The position numbers and the translations under genes were made by a program. A stretch of 64,000 nucleotides of DNA from an uncultured virus (IMG/VR IMGVR_UViG_3300008050_000020) (Duplodnaviria > Heunggongvirae > Uroviricota > Caudoviricetes), in the IMG/VR virus record IMGVR_UViG_3300008050_000020, one strand, 5' to 3'. The notes beneath the pieces are model-generated. The model ran no database searches. It saw nothing but the letters and a program-made list of their open reading frames with translations, and had not been told where the DNA came from. Positions 19,987-29,006 of the stretch are shown piece after piece (the first letter of the stretch is position 1; each line of letters opens with the position of its first letter).

Positions 19987-20015
19987 GTGTAAAATCAGCA
20001 CCTTTGTGGTAAGAT
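19987..20015 (+). promoter_or_regulatory. Sigma70-type promoter of dnaE
   Basis: GTGTAA-17 nt-TAAGAT; same pattern at 6866, 11067, 12215, 14057, 38377, 55870, 57838, 61258. Confidence 0.6.
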
Positions 20016-20063
20016 GAGCATCTAAGGCCCAAGCAAGGGCCGAGCTCGCTTACTGAGGTGCAA

Positions 20064-21776
20064 ATGCTCGATATTCGTCCGCCGGAGAGATTCGTTGGTC
20101 TCCATGCCCATACCGGCTTCTCCGTGTTCGATGGAATCGGATATCCTGCTGATCACATTGACTTCGTGCTGGAAAACGGCATGGATGCCTGGACGATCAC
20201 AGATCACGGAAATGCCAATGGGCATGCTCACGCTCGCAAGCACTTCCAAAAGCTTGCGAGGAAAGGTCAGAAGTACCGTCAGTTGTATGGGGTTGAGTTC
20301 TACTTTGTCCCAGACCTTGAAGAGTGGGATTCTGCGAGAGCGGATCACAAGGCGGCAGTAGCTGCCGCGAAGAAGGGTAAGGCTGCCGCCGAAGAAGAGG
20401 ATCAGGGACACGTTGTTGAGAGCGAGGAAGATACACGTACTAACTCGGCTGCCCAGGATCACTGGAAGCGACGCTACCATCTGGTCGTCTTCGCCAAGAA
20501 CCAGACGGGCATGCACAACTTGTACACTCTCGTTAAGAAGTCTTACAAGTACGGATTCTATCGCTTTCCTCGCATTGACTTTAAGTGGCTCAAGGAGCAC
20601 GGTGAAGGACTTGTTGTCTCGACTGCATGCGTCGGCGGATATCCTTCAAGTCTTGTCTTTCGAGAGTTTCCCGACAAGAAGTTTGATGAGCTGACTCCTG
20701 GACTATTGGACGGTCCTGAGTCTGTCCGCATTATGGCCAACCTTGAGAACATGGTTGATCGTTTCGTTGACGCGGTAGGCGAAGAGAACTTCAATCTTGA
20801 GATGCAGTTCAACAAGTTGCCCGCTCAGCATCTCGTCAACAAGGCACTGATCAATCTGTCAAAGGCAACTGGCATTCCGCTCGTCGCCACTGCAGACTCC
20901 CACTACTACAGGCCGGATCTCTGGGAGGCTCGAGAGTTGTACAAGGGTCTCGGCTGGCGAGGCAAGAAGGACGACGGCCTGACCCTTCCTTCGCGTGAAG
21001 ATCTCAAGTGCGAGCTGTACCCAAAGAATGCTGGACAGATGTGGGAGGAGTATCTCCAGCATAAGGACTCGTTCCCGTTCTATGCAGGCACTGAGGAGAT
21101 TGTTCGAGACTCCATTGAGCGAACTCATGACATCGCTTGGCAGCAGTGCGAAGACACCTGGATCGACACATCCGTCAAGCTCCCCAATTTCTCGAAGGAA
21201 GGGAATACTGCATTCAATCAGCTTCTAACGCAAGTCAAGAAGGGAATGATTGACCTCGAGCTTGACAAGAAGCCCGAATACGTCGCGCGTATCAAGGAGG
21301 AGATGGCAGACATCAAGTTCCTTGGCTTCGAGAACTACTTCCTTGTCATGAACGAAGTCTTCCATATCGCCGCAGATGAGACGTTGTTTGGCTGCGGCCG
21401 CGGCTCAGCATCTGGAAGCTTGGTCAACTATGTCCTGGGGATCACGCAAGTTGATCCCATCCAGTACGGTCTACTGTGGGCACGATTCCTGGGTCGACAC
21501 CGGTGCTTGACGGGCGAGACTCTCGTGCAGACGAAGAGTGGTCCCAAGAGATTGGATGAGCTCGAAGTGGGTAACTTGGTCTTTACACACACAGGCGAGC
21601 TCAAGCCTGTCACTGACACTGTCAAGGCTGCTCACGATATTGCCTACAAGATCAAGGTTAATGGTGAGGAGATCGTCTGTGCTCCCAACCACAAGTGGAT
21701 TGTTGTTCGTGACGGGCAGCAAATTGAAGTCATGGCATGTGAACTTCGACAGGGCGACAGCCTAGTTACATGGTGA
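20064..21776 (+). CDS. dnaE: DNA polymerase III alpha, piece 1 (PHP plus start of palm) fused to split intein N-half 1
   Basis: LHAHTGFSVFDG, ITDHGN, ATADSHY, GRGSASGSLV, LLWARFL, then CLTGETLV intein block A. Confidence 0.93.
   Translation: MLDIRPPERFVGLHAHTGFSVFDGIGYPADHIDFVLENGMDAWTITDHGNANGHAHARKHFQKLARKGQKYRQLYGVEFYFVPDLEEWDSARADHKAAVAAAKKGKAAAEEEDQGHVVESEEDTRTNSAAQDHWKRRYHLVVFAKNQTGMHNLYTLVKKSYKYGFYRFPRIDFKWLKEHGEGLVVSTACVGGYPSSLVFREFPDKKFDELTPGLLDGPESVRIMANLENMVDRFVDAVGEENFNLEMQFNKLPAQHLVNKALINLSKATGIPLVATADSHYYRPDLWEARELYKGLGWRGKKDDGLTLPSREDLKCELYPKNAGQMWEEYLQHKDSFPFYAGTEEIVRDSIERTHDIAWQQCEDTWIDTSVKLPNFSKEGNTAFNQLLTQVKKGMIDLELDKKPEYVARIKEEMADIKFLGFENYFLVMNEVFHIAADETLFGCGRGSASGSLVNYVLGITQVDPIQYGLLWARFLGRHRCLTGETLVQTKSGPKRLDELEVGNLVFTHTGELKPVTDTVKAAHDIAYKIKVNGEEIVCAPNHKWIVVRDGQQIEVMACELRQGDSLVTW
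21504..21773 (+). mobile_element. Split intein 1, N-half (90 aa)
   Basis: CLTGETLVQT start, block B VCAPNHKW, ELRQGDSL then stop. Confidence 0.9.
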
Positions 21777-21795
21777 ATCGCCCTGCGAGGATTAA

Positions 21796-22305
21796 ATGAA
21801 AATCACACGAAGAAAACTTCGCCAGCTCATCAATGAAGAATTGAGGTCGTCAGGTTTGCTATCTGAGTCAAGAGAATATGAGAGTACACAGGCCGACGCT
21901 AAAATGGCAGCCTCTCAAAGTCAAAATCTGTTGCTGCATTTTGTCAGCTGGGCATTTCATGAAGGGCTCGATGAGAGCACTGCCTATGAGAGAAACACAA
22001 CGTCAGTCTATGACACTGCCGAAGCTGACATTCGTGACTTCGTAGAGTCATGGGGTGCTGAGGTAGGATATACAGTTCAACAGGTTAGAGACTGGCTTTT
22101 GCAGACTCATTTTGGTGACGATGGGCGTGATTGGTTTCCAGACGACGGAACAGAGTGGAATTTAGGCCCAGCTCATTTGTCCTCGGATAAGTCTCGGAAG
22201 ATTCGTCTTCCATCTAAGCCTGGTGATGTTAAGTCAATTCGCTATGCTGAGTTCTTCGGGATTCCTTCGACACTTCTTGACGAGCCAAGCGAAGCATCTG
22301 CTTAG
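21796..22305 (+). CDS. Hypothetical protein with MKITRRKLRQLINEE tag, lying between the halves of split intein 1
   Basis: GAGG RBS; shared tag; CCTAGTTA upstream. Confidence 0.7.
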   Translation: MKITRRKLRQLINEELRSSGLLSESREYESTQADAKMAASQSQNLLLHFVSWAFHEGLDESTAYERNTTSVYDTAEADIRDFVESWGAEVGYTVQQVRDWLLQTHFGDDGRDWFPDDGTEWNLGPAHLSSDKSRKIRLPSKPGDVKSIRYAEFFGIPSTLLDEPSEASA

Positions 22306-22381
22306 TCGTGATAGTGACGGCGAGGAGATGATCACTAAAGCGATTTGATATGTATTCCCGTAAAACAAAGCGGAGAATACG

Positions 22382-23275
22382 ATGCCAGTCAAAACAAAGA
22401 AGTGTAAGAACTGTCGAAAGTTGATTCGGATCGAGTACGACGGAAGCCAATCAGCTAACGCAGCTTGCAATCGGAAGTACTGCTGCACTGAGTGTGGTAG
22501 AGCGTATCGGAAGAAGCATCGAACGAGTCGCTCTGTTGAGTTGACGTGCATCCACTGTGCTACGATGTACCACAAGCCAAAATCGCAATCGAAGAACTCG
22601 AAGTTTTGCTCTCGCAAGTGCCAGAATACGAGCTATGCACAAGCTTCTTCGTTGAAAGAAGATCGACAGTGTAATCAGTGCGGAAAGACGTATAGAATTG
22701 CCTCTACTTCTCGACGAAAGTACTGCTCACAACAATGTTCAGCAAAAGGCAGACGAAAGAATCGTCCTAAACTTTGCTGTGTTGTGTGCAAAAAGACGAT
22801 CAAAGGCGAGGGCAAGAAGTTCTGCTCTCGAAGCTGTCAATACGAAGGGCAGTCTTTGGGAATCGTCAAGAGTCATAGCAGCGGGCGATCAGGCTATCGA
22901 CGAGACCTCCCAAAGGTGAGATTTCGGAGCTCTCTAGAGGCCGATTATATGCGGTATTGCCAGCATACCGGAATCAGAGTGGAATATGCACCCAGAGCAT
23001 TCACGATTGAAGTCGACGGAAGGACACGCAAATACACGCCAGACTTCTACTTGCCTGACGAAGATCGATATGTTGAAGTCAAGGCTCTCAGAAAAGATGG
23101 GTTGTACAATAGCAATCTAATTTGCGTGAAAAAGCTGGATGAGTTGGGGTACAATATAACTCTGGTGCCCATGCGTGAATTCTATCAGATGCTGCGTGAT
23201 CAAGGGCTTTACAAAACGATTCCCAATCTCGAAAATCGAGACTACAGAGGTACACTTGAGCTCATCTACAGTTGA
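22382..23275 (+). CDS. Free-standing homing endonuclease: CxxC..(Y/F)CSxxC zinc-finger repeats plus PD-(D/E)XK (TnsA-like) domain
   Basis: Four Cys-rich repeats; FRSSLEA, YTPDFYL, YVEVK. Confidence 0.82.
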   Translation: MPVKTKKCKNCRKLIRIEYDGSQSANAACNRKYCCTECGRAYRKKHRTSRSVELTCIHCATMYHKPKSQSKNSKFCSRKCQNTSYAQASSLKEDRQCNQCGKTYRIASTSRRKYCSQQCSAKGRRKNRPKLCCVVCKKTIKGEGKKFCSRSCQYEGQSLGIVKSHSSGRSGYRRDLPKVRFRSSLEADYMRYCQHTGIRVEYAPRAFTIEVDGRTRKYTPDFYLPDEDRYVEVKALRKDGLYNSNLICVKKLDELGYNITLVPMREFYQMLRDQGLYKTIPNLENRDYRGTLELIYS

Positions 23276-23390
23276 GATTGAAAGCATCGAGATCATCACA
23301 GCTCCCGACAATATGGTGGACATCACTGTTGAAGATGACCACACTTACTGGTGTTCTCCAACAGGTGAGAACTGGTACCTGACACACAAC
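23256..23390 (+). mobile_element. Split intein 1, C-half (45 aa)
   Basis: VEIESIE..MVDITVEDDHTY..LTHN followed by Thr. Confidence 0.88.
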
Positions 23391-24884
23391 ACGTCCTGGC
23401 CGGATATCGACTCTGATGCAGGCGATCGTGATGCGCTGATCAACGCAGCCCGGAAGCTTTACGGCGAGGACGCGGTCATTCCCGTGTCTAACTTCAACAC
23501 CCTGAAGCTGCTGTCTCTGGTCAAGGACATCTCAAAGTTCTATGGCATCAACTTCCAGGAAGTCAACAAGATGACCAGCGGCCTCCAGCGTGAGGTCGAG
23601 CCGATGGATCGTGATCCCAACGAGGAGAAGTCGGTCTACGTCCTTACTCACGAAGCCTGTATGGAGCACTCGTCGAAGTACTTGGCTTTCATGTCGAAGT
23701 ATCCTGAGGTCAAGGATCACATCGAAACGCTGTTTATGCAGAATCGCTCGATGGGTCGGCACGCTGGTGGCGTCATCATTGCTCCCCCTGAGGAGCTTGA
23801 AAAGACGATGCCGATCGTCAAGGTTCGAGGAGATTTGCAGACTCCTTGGACGGAGGGAATGAACTTCCGTAACCTTGAAGACAACGGATTCATCAAGTTC
23901 GACTTCCTTGGCTTGACACTGATGAAGGATGTCGAGAATTGTATTCGTCGAATCCTCCAGAAGAAGGGGAAGAAGAACCCGTCATTCGCGGATGTCCGGA
24001 ACTACTTCGACCGTCATCTCAACTGTCGTTACGTCTCGCCTGACGATCCCAAGGTCTTTGAGACCGCATTCCATCAGGGTCACTTTGCACCCGGAATCTT
24101 CCAATTCACACAGAAGGGTGCTCGTCAGTTCTGTAACGCTGCCAAGCCATACGACATCCCCGAGCTTGGTGCAATTACTGCTATCTACCGACCAGGACCG
24201 CTCAAGGCTGACGTGCACAAGAAGTACGTTGCCACTAAGAAGAAGGTCCTCGACGGTGACAAGATTCGCTATCCTCACCCGCTAGTTGAGGAGGTCCTTT
24301 CTGAGACTCTCGGATTCCAGGTCTTTCAGGAGCACTGGATGATTCTCGCTCAGAAGCTTTCGGGCTTCACTCCGGGCGAATCGGATAAGCTTCGCAAGAC
24401 GCTGGTCAAGAAGTCCTTGGACACTCTTGACAAGAAGGCGGATGAACGGGCAGCTGCAAAGAAGAAGTTCATTGAGGGCGGCGTCGAGCTTCATGACATC
24501 AACCGCGCCGACATGGAAGAGCTCTGGGAACAGATGCGCTTCTTCTCACTCTATGGGTTCAACAAAAGTTTACACTTTGACTCGACGATTGATACCTACA
24601 CTGGAGAGGGACAATTTGTTGAACAGAGGAAGATCCAAGACTTCAAGGGTGGCGAAATCGTCCGGTCCCGTGATGAGTCAACTGGTGAAGACATCTTTGT
24701 TGAAGTCAAGGCAAACCATCCGCATGGCAAGCTGCCTCTCGTCAAGATCACGCTAGATGATGGAAACACGATCCGCTGCACGATGGACCACAAATTCCGG
24801 ACGACAGACGGCCGGATGCTTCCGCTTCACCAGATCTTGCGGGATGAGTTGGAGATTGTGACATGCGATGCGAAAAGTGTGTAG
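23256..24884 (+). CDS. dnaE: DNA polymerase III alpha, piece 2 (IntC1 - catalytic palm/thumb/fingers - IntN2); probable TTG start
   Basis: GAGG then TTG at 23256; WYLTHN|TSWPDIDSD, GRHAGGVII, IKFDFLGL, GIFQF, IYRPGP, YGFNK|SLHFDS. Confidence 0.92.
   Translation: MSSSTVEIESIEIITAPDNMVDITVEDDHTYWCSPTGENWYLTHNTSWPDIDSDAGDRDALINAARKLYGEDAVIPVSNFNTLKLLSLVKDISKFYGINFQEVNKMTSGLQREVEPMDRDPNEEKSVYVLTHEACMEHSSKYLAFMSKYPEVKDHIETLFMQNRSMGRHAGGVIIAPPEELEKTMPIVKVRGDLQTPWTEGMNFRNLEDNGFIKFDFLGLTLMKDVENCIRRILQKKGKKNPSFADVRNYFDRHLNCRYVSPDDPKVFETAFHQGHFAPGIFQFTQKGARQFCNAAKPYDIPELGAITAIYRPGPLKADVHKKYVATKKKVLDGDKIRYPHPLVEEVLSETLGFQVFQEHWMILAQKLSGFTPGESDKLRKTLVKKSLDTLDKKADERAAAKKKFIEGGVELHDINRADMEELWEQMRFFSLYGFNKSLHFDSTIDTYTGEGQFVEQRKIQDFKGGEIVRSRDESTGEDIFVEVKANHPHGKLPLVKITLDDGNTIRCTMDHKFRTTDGRMLPLHQILRDELEIVTCDAKSV
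24567..24881 (+). mobile_element. Split intein 2, N-half (105 aa)
   Basis: SLHFDSTI start after GFNK; block B IRCTMDHKF; stop after CDAKSV. Confidence 0.88.
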
Positions 24885-25831
24885 CTGAGGAGGCTGCCAA
24901 GAAGACAACCTGGCGGCACCGACTCAAGTGTGAGAAGTGGTTCGAGACATCGATTCTCGGTGAGGACTATGTTAAGTGTGCTCTCTGCGAGTTTCGAGCA
25001 AGACAACTGACACAGCACACCAAACGTGAGCATGGGTTCACCAAGAAAGAGTACATTGAGAAGTTCGGTCCGATTTCCTGCTCTGCTGCTAGCAAGGTTC
25101 GTTCACAAACGAACAAGGTGAATGGGAACTGGTTCGGTCGAGCATCTGACGAGAGGCGTGAAGAGTGGCGACAAGGGCTGGGAGAGAAGATCTCTGCCGG
25201 GATTATGTCATCACCTTCTGCTCGCGAAGCACGACGTCAAAATATGACAAAGCGGAATCAATCAGAAGAGGGTCGAAAGCTTTCGTCAGAGACTGCAATT
25301 AGAACATCTGCACGACCTGATATTCAAAAGAAGCGCGCAGCAGCACTCCAGAAGTGGCGCGATGAGAATCGAGAGGAATTTTACGAGAAGTGTACGAGAG
25401 CGATGCATCGGACATGGCAATCTGTTCCTGAATGTCGCCTCTTTGAGCTTCTTATTGATCGATTTCCTGAGCACGGATTTAAACAGAATCAACAGATTCG
25501 TAGGACGGGGAAGTTTAGAACTGTCAAGTCTGGAACAAGGCAAATTGACATCTACTCACGAGATCACAAGGTTGTTGTTGAGTTCGATGGGATCTATCAT
25601 TTTGAACCTGTTCGAGGTGCTGATCATCTTTCGCATATCCAAGCAAAAGATCAAGAGCTTGGAGAGGTGCTCTCAGCAGAGGGCTTCCTCGTAATCCGTG
25701 TCTCTTATGACCAGTTCGACTACAAACAGGGTGGATACTTTCATGCAAATTGCGTCCAGCACATGGTAAAATTGGTGAGTAAAGGTGAGCCAGGACTTCA
25801 CCTGATCGGCGAGTCGTATGAAAATAGTTGA
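24863..25831 (+). CDS. Free-standing Vsr/DUF559-like endonuclease with C2H2-like zinc finger
   Basis: CALC..HTKREH; QIDIY..VVEFDGIYHF; KDQEL..GFLVIRV. Confidence 0.8.
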   Translation: MRCEKCVAEEAAKKTTWRHRLKCEKWFETSILGEDYVKCALCEFRARQLTQHTKREHGFTKKEYIEKFGPISCSAASKVRSQTNKVNGNWFGRASDERREEWRQGLGEKISAGIMSSPSAREARRQNMTKRNQSEEGRKLSSETAIRTSARPDIQKKRAAALQKWRDENREEFYEKCTRAMHRTWQSVPECRLFELLIDRFPEHGFKQNQQIRRTGKFRTVKSGTRQIDIYSRDHKVVVEFDGIYHFEPVRGADHLSHIQAKDQELGEVLSAEGFLVIRVSYDQFDYKQGGYFHANCVQHMVKLVSKGEPGLHLIGESYENS

Positions 25832-26015
25832 CAACAACGTTGTGATTTCGCCGAAGTCGCAACTGTTCAAGATTCTTAAGGCAATGGCCGAGGATGAGTA
25901 CTCTGAGCCTCTTATCGAGAGAACGTCAAAAGGCGAGATTGTTGTCTACACTGGTCTCGTGAAAAATGGTCACGCATATCAACCAGGCAAACCAGAGAAT
26001 CTAAAAGGGAAGTAA
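25818..26015 (+). CDS. Small hypothetical protein between the halves of split intein 2
   Basis: Overlaps the endonuclease end; TAATG-coupled to dnaE piece 3. Confidence 0.55.
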   Translation: MKIVDNNVVISPKSQLFKILKAMAEDEYSEPLIERTSKGEIVVYTGLVKNGHAYQPGKPENLKGK

Positions 26016-26125
26016 TGGCCAAGATCACATCAGTAAAGTTCATCGGTGAGCATGAGACGTTCGATCTCGAGATCGATCATCCTGATCACCAGTACTACAC
26101 GTCAGATGGCATCCTGACGTCAAAC
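26015..26125 (+). mobile_element. Split intein 2, C-half (37 aa)
   Basis: MAKITSVKFIGEHETFDLEIDHPDHQYYTSDGILTSN followed by Ser. Confidence 0.9.
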
Positions 26126-27085
26126 TCTCACGCCGTCGCATACGCTATCGACAGCTACTACGCGGCCTGGCTGTACACTTACTACCCTCACGAGTGGCTG
26201 GCTACGGTTCTGCAGTCTAAGACAGCAGATGCCGATAAGCTGACCAAGGCGATCTCTGAGATCAAGATGCTGGGCTACACCTTCATTCAGCCTGACGTCG
26301 ACTTCGCGGGTCTGGAATGGGTCTTCTCAGAAGAAGCTGATGGTTTCGTTCCGCCTCTTGCTGCCATCAAGGGCGTAGGCAAGACTGCTGCGAGAGAGAT
26401 CATCGCTCATCGCCCATACCAGACTCTGGATGATCTCTTCTACGACGAAGACGGCGAGTGGTATCACTCCAAGATGAACAAGACGTGCTTCGCCAACCTC
26501 TGTAAGATCGAGGCATTCAACTCGATTAAGGAAGTCTCAAACGGCACCATTGAGCATCATCGCCAGCTCCATGAGATCATCGTAGGAGGTTATGATCGGC
26601 TCCGCAAGGGACGAAAGGGTCTCAGTCGGACGCAGGTTAAGCGTCGTGAGAAGAAGGGCGAGCTCGTCCCGGACGTCCTTGACGTCTTGATCGAGGAGAA
26701 CCAGTACACTGAAGACTGGACTCGAATCGAGAAGATCCAGATGAGCTACGATCTCACCAAGACCGCGAGGCTGGAACTCATCTTCCCGGAGGGAATCCTC
26801 GAGAAGCTTGAAAAGAAGAACATCCCACCAGTGACAGAGATCGGTGCCAAGAAGAAGGCCATTTGTTGGTTCTTCATCGTCGACTGTCAGGTCAAGAAGA
26901 CCAAGAAGGGAAATTCTTTTGTTCGACTCAAGGTCTCGGACCACAACAACGAGACTTGCTGGCTCCGCATCTGGGGCCTTGGTAAGCCTCTCGAGCTCTA
27001 CACGCTCTGGATGTGCCAGGCTAAGGGTGATCTCGACTGGGGTCCTTCCACTTCTGTCCGGGACATTCGTCCCATCGAGCTTTGA
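26015..27085 (+). CDS. dnaE: DNA polymerase III alpha, piece 3 (IntC2 - HhH/OB C-terminal part)
   Basis: ILTSN|SHAVAYA..AWL..YYP; IKGVG HhH; OB-like KKTKKGNSF. Confidence 0.92.
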   Translation: MAKITSVKFIGEHETFDLEIDHPDHQYYTSDGILTSNSHAVAYAIDSYYAAWLYTYYPHEWLATVLQSKTADADKLTKAISEIKMLGYTFIQPDVDFAGLEWVFSEEADGFVPPLAAIKGVGKTAAREIIAHRPYQTLDDLFYDEDGEWYHSKMNKTCFANLCKIEAFNSIKEVSNGTIEHHRQLHEIIVGGYDRLRKGRKGLSRTQVKRREKKGELVPDVLDVLIEENQYTEDWTRIEKIQMSYDLTKTARLELIFPEGILEKLEKKNIPPVTEIGAKKKAICWFFIVDCQVKKTKKGNSFVRLKVSDHNNETCWLRIWGLGKPLELYTLWMCQAKGDLDWGPSTSVRDIRPIEL

Positions 27086-27086
27086 G

Positions 27087-27869
27087 ATGACTGTAAAATA
27101 CACAGGTAGCAAGAAGTGGCTGACGAAGGTCTTGCGTCCCATTGACGAAGTCTACGAGCCTTTCTGCGGATCGGGAGTAGTCTCTTTCGAGAAGAGCAAG
27201 GTTTGTCACTTGAATGACCAGCTCGAGCCTCTCATTGCGGTTTACAAGCGTCTGCAGATTGACAAGGAGAGCTTCATCAAGGAGCTTCTCGCAGAGGTTG
27301 AGGGAATCAAGTCAGCCTCGAATTCGTCAGCTGCGTATTACGACGCACGTGCCAGATACAATGCTGGCGGGATGTCAGATCCCGTTCTCTTCTGCGTCAT
27401 CATCTACTTGGGATTCAATGGACTCTATCGAGTCGGTCCCAACGGGTGCAACGTTCCTTACGGTGGAGACTCTCGACGATTCAATCCTAAGGGCTTGATG
27501 GAGATTCCCGTCGAGAAGATTGCAACGCTGACTTGCGGATCTTGGGATGCCACAGCAGTCCCAAATGAAGACTGCACCATCTACGTTGATCCGCCCTACG
27601 CAACGACCTTCACGGGGTACACGAGAAAGGGGTGGGCGCATGCAGACAACGTGCAGCTCTTTGGTTGGCTAGCTGAGCAGCCCAATCCCGTTTTGATCTC
27701 ATGTCTAAGAACTGAAGACAACGAGCAGCTGCTGACCGACTTGAACTTCGACTTCGTCTCGATGGACAAGGTCTTCAGCAATGGTGCGAAGTCTGTCAAG
27801 AAGGGCGAGATTCTGGCATTCAACGACCGAGCTGTTCCTCATATTCTCTTTCGTCAGGTTCGACGATGA
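27087..27869 (+). CDS. dam: DNA adenine methyltransferase (Dam/D12 class)
   Basis: KYTGSK, YEPFCGSG, LND, GFNGLYR, YVDPPY. Confidence 0.88.
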   Translation: MTVKYTGSKKWLTKVLRPIDEVYEPFCGSGVVSFEKSKVCHLNDQLEPLIAVYKRLQIDKESFIKELLAEVEGIKSASNSSAAYYDARARYNAGGMSDPVLFCVIIYLGFNGLYRVGPNGCNVPYGGDSRRFNPKGLMEIPVEKIATLTCGSWDATAVPNEDCTIYVDPPYATTFTGYTRKGWAHADNVQLFGWLAEQPNPVLISCLRTEDNEQLLTDLNFDFVSMDKVFSNGAKSVKKGEILAFNDRAVPHILFRQVRR

Positions 27870-28066
27870 GAATTGAGCCCAACGTTCGAGACAAAGTGAT
27901 TTGGCGGAAAGACTATGATCATCCGCACTTCAGTCATTGGCTGCCCGGCGTTGTAATTGCACGAATCGGTTATGATCTGCTTGTCAGGTGTGCTGATGAT
28001 AAACTCCGAGACATTCCCGATTCGTGGCTGGCAGTGAAGAATGATTCATCTGAGAATAATCGATGA
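27866..28066 (+). CDS. Hypothetical protein
   Basis: ATGA-coupled ORF. Confidence 0.5.
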   Translation: MRIEPNVRDKVIWRKDYDHPHFSHWLPGVVIARIGYDLLVRCADDKLRDIPDSWLAVKNDSSENNR

Positions 28067-28293
28067 AGGCGGGCGGCATAGTCACCCTAGACGATCATGA
28101 CTGGTTCCCTGCTTTGATCATTGAGCTGAAAGCCGAGACAGCATTCCCTTCAAGTTCCCAGATTGTTCACTTCGACGTCTTGACTGTCTTGTGCCCAGAT
28201 CAGGAGATTCGCACCATTAACTCAGTAGAATATCACGGCATGAGATACCATCCACCCGCAGATCATCTGTACACTGGCAGCCAAAATGAGTAA
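28063..28293 (+). CDS. Hypothetical protein
   Basis: ATGA-coupled ORF. Confidence 0.5.
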   Translation: MKAGGIVTLDDHDWFPALIIELKAETAFPSSSQIVHFDVLTVLCPDQEIRTINSVEYHGMRYHPPADHLYTGSQNE

Positions 28294-28302
28294 GGTTGCA
28301 GC

Positions 28303-28728
28303 ATGAACGAGATTAAGGGCTTTTTCGAAGACTTTCGCTTCCTCAGCAACTTCTGGTATGCTGATGTTGTCTTCGAGGGCGTAACATACCGAAGCACTGA
28401 GGTTGCTTACCAAGCAGCCAAGTCTTTGGATCTTGACGAGCGCAAGAAGTTCGTCGGCCTAACGTCAGGTCAGGCAAAGCGCCTGGGGCAGAAGATTCAG
28501 CTTCGTGAAGACTGGGACTTCATTCGTCTGCAAGTTATGTACGACATTTGCAAAGACAAGTTTACCCGACATGCAGATCTCAAGGAGTTGCTGCTCTTGA
28601 CTGGTGACGCTTATCTCGAAGAAACAAACACCTGGAATGACACGTTCTGGGGAGTATGTGCAGCCGCCGGGGAAAACAATCTGGGCAAGACCCTCATGAA
28701 GATTCGAGAGGAAATTCTGAATGCATGA
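28303..28728 (+). CDS. NADAR (YbiA-like) family protein
   Basis: FLSNFW, STEVAYQAAK, KF..H.DL, DTFWG, GENNLGKTLMKIR. Confidence 0.9.
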   Translation: MNEIKGFFEDFRFLSNFWYADVVFEGVTYRSTEVAYQAAKSLDLDERKKFVGLTSGQAKRLGQKIQLREDWDFIRLQVMYDICKDKFTRHADLKELLLLTGDAYLEETNTWNDTFWGVCAAAGENNLGKTLMKIREEILNA

Positions 28729-29002
28729 TTTCGCTGAAGCGATGGCTGTCGAAAAGTTTATGATCGACCCTGGCACATGGGTTGAGCATCTCGACAAGAT
28801 CCCGCCCCGTGGCCGACAAATCATTGAGCAAGAAATGGCTGAGCCATCTGGCCCGACAGGGCTTGCTCTCGTTCCCGACAAGGGCTACGCTGTCCTCATG
28901 TCTGGGCAAGGTCCATTCATTTGCTGGGCAGAGTGGCGTGACAGCCACGACATTGTGACATTTCCAGTGTCTGAGCCCTCCAACGATCCTATCAATTGGT
29001 GA
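28721..29002 (+). CDS. Hypothetical protein
   Basis: Overlapping ORF with RBS. Confidence 0.5.
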   Translation: MHDFAEAMAVEKFMIDPGTWVEHLDKIPPRGRQIIEQEMAEPSGPTGLALVPDKGYAVLMSGQGPFICWAEWRDSHDIVTFPVSEPSNDPINW

Positions 29003-29006
29003 CCCG

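Noticed and set aside
23175..23255. ORF-track start of dnaE piece 2 (MNSIRCC..)
   Set aside because: Out-of-frame overlap with the endonuclease gene and no RBS; TTG 23256 has GAGG and starts at the intein C-half.
24884..26015. Contiguous intein broken by frameshift errors or TAG readthrough
   Set aside because: Readthrough gives unrelated sequence and soon stops; the endonuclease has its own start and stop, an extra ORF intervenes, and IntC2 has its own coupled ATG.
26844..27086. N-terminal extension of the Dam-like ORF
   Set aside because: Shadow frame over the dnaE 3' end; MTase motifs begin right after ATG 27087.
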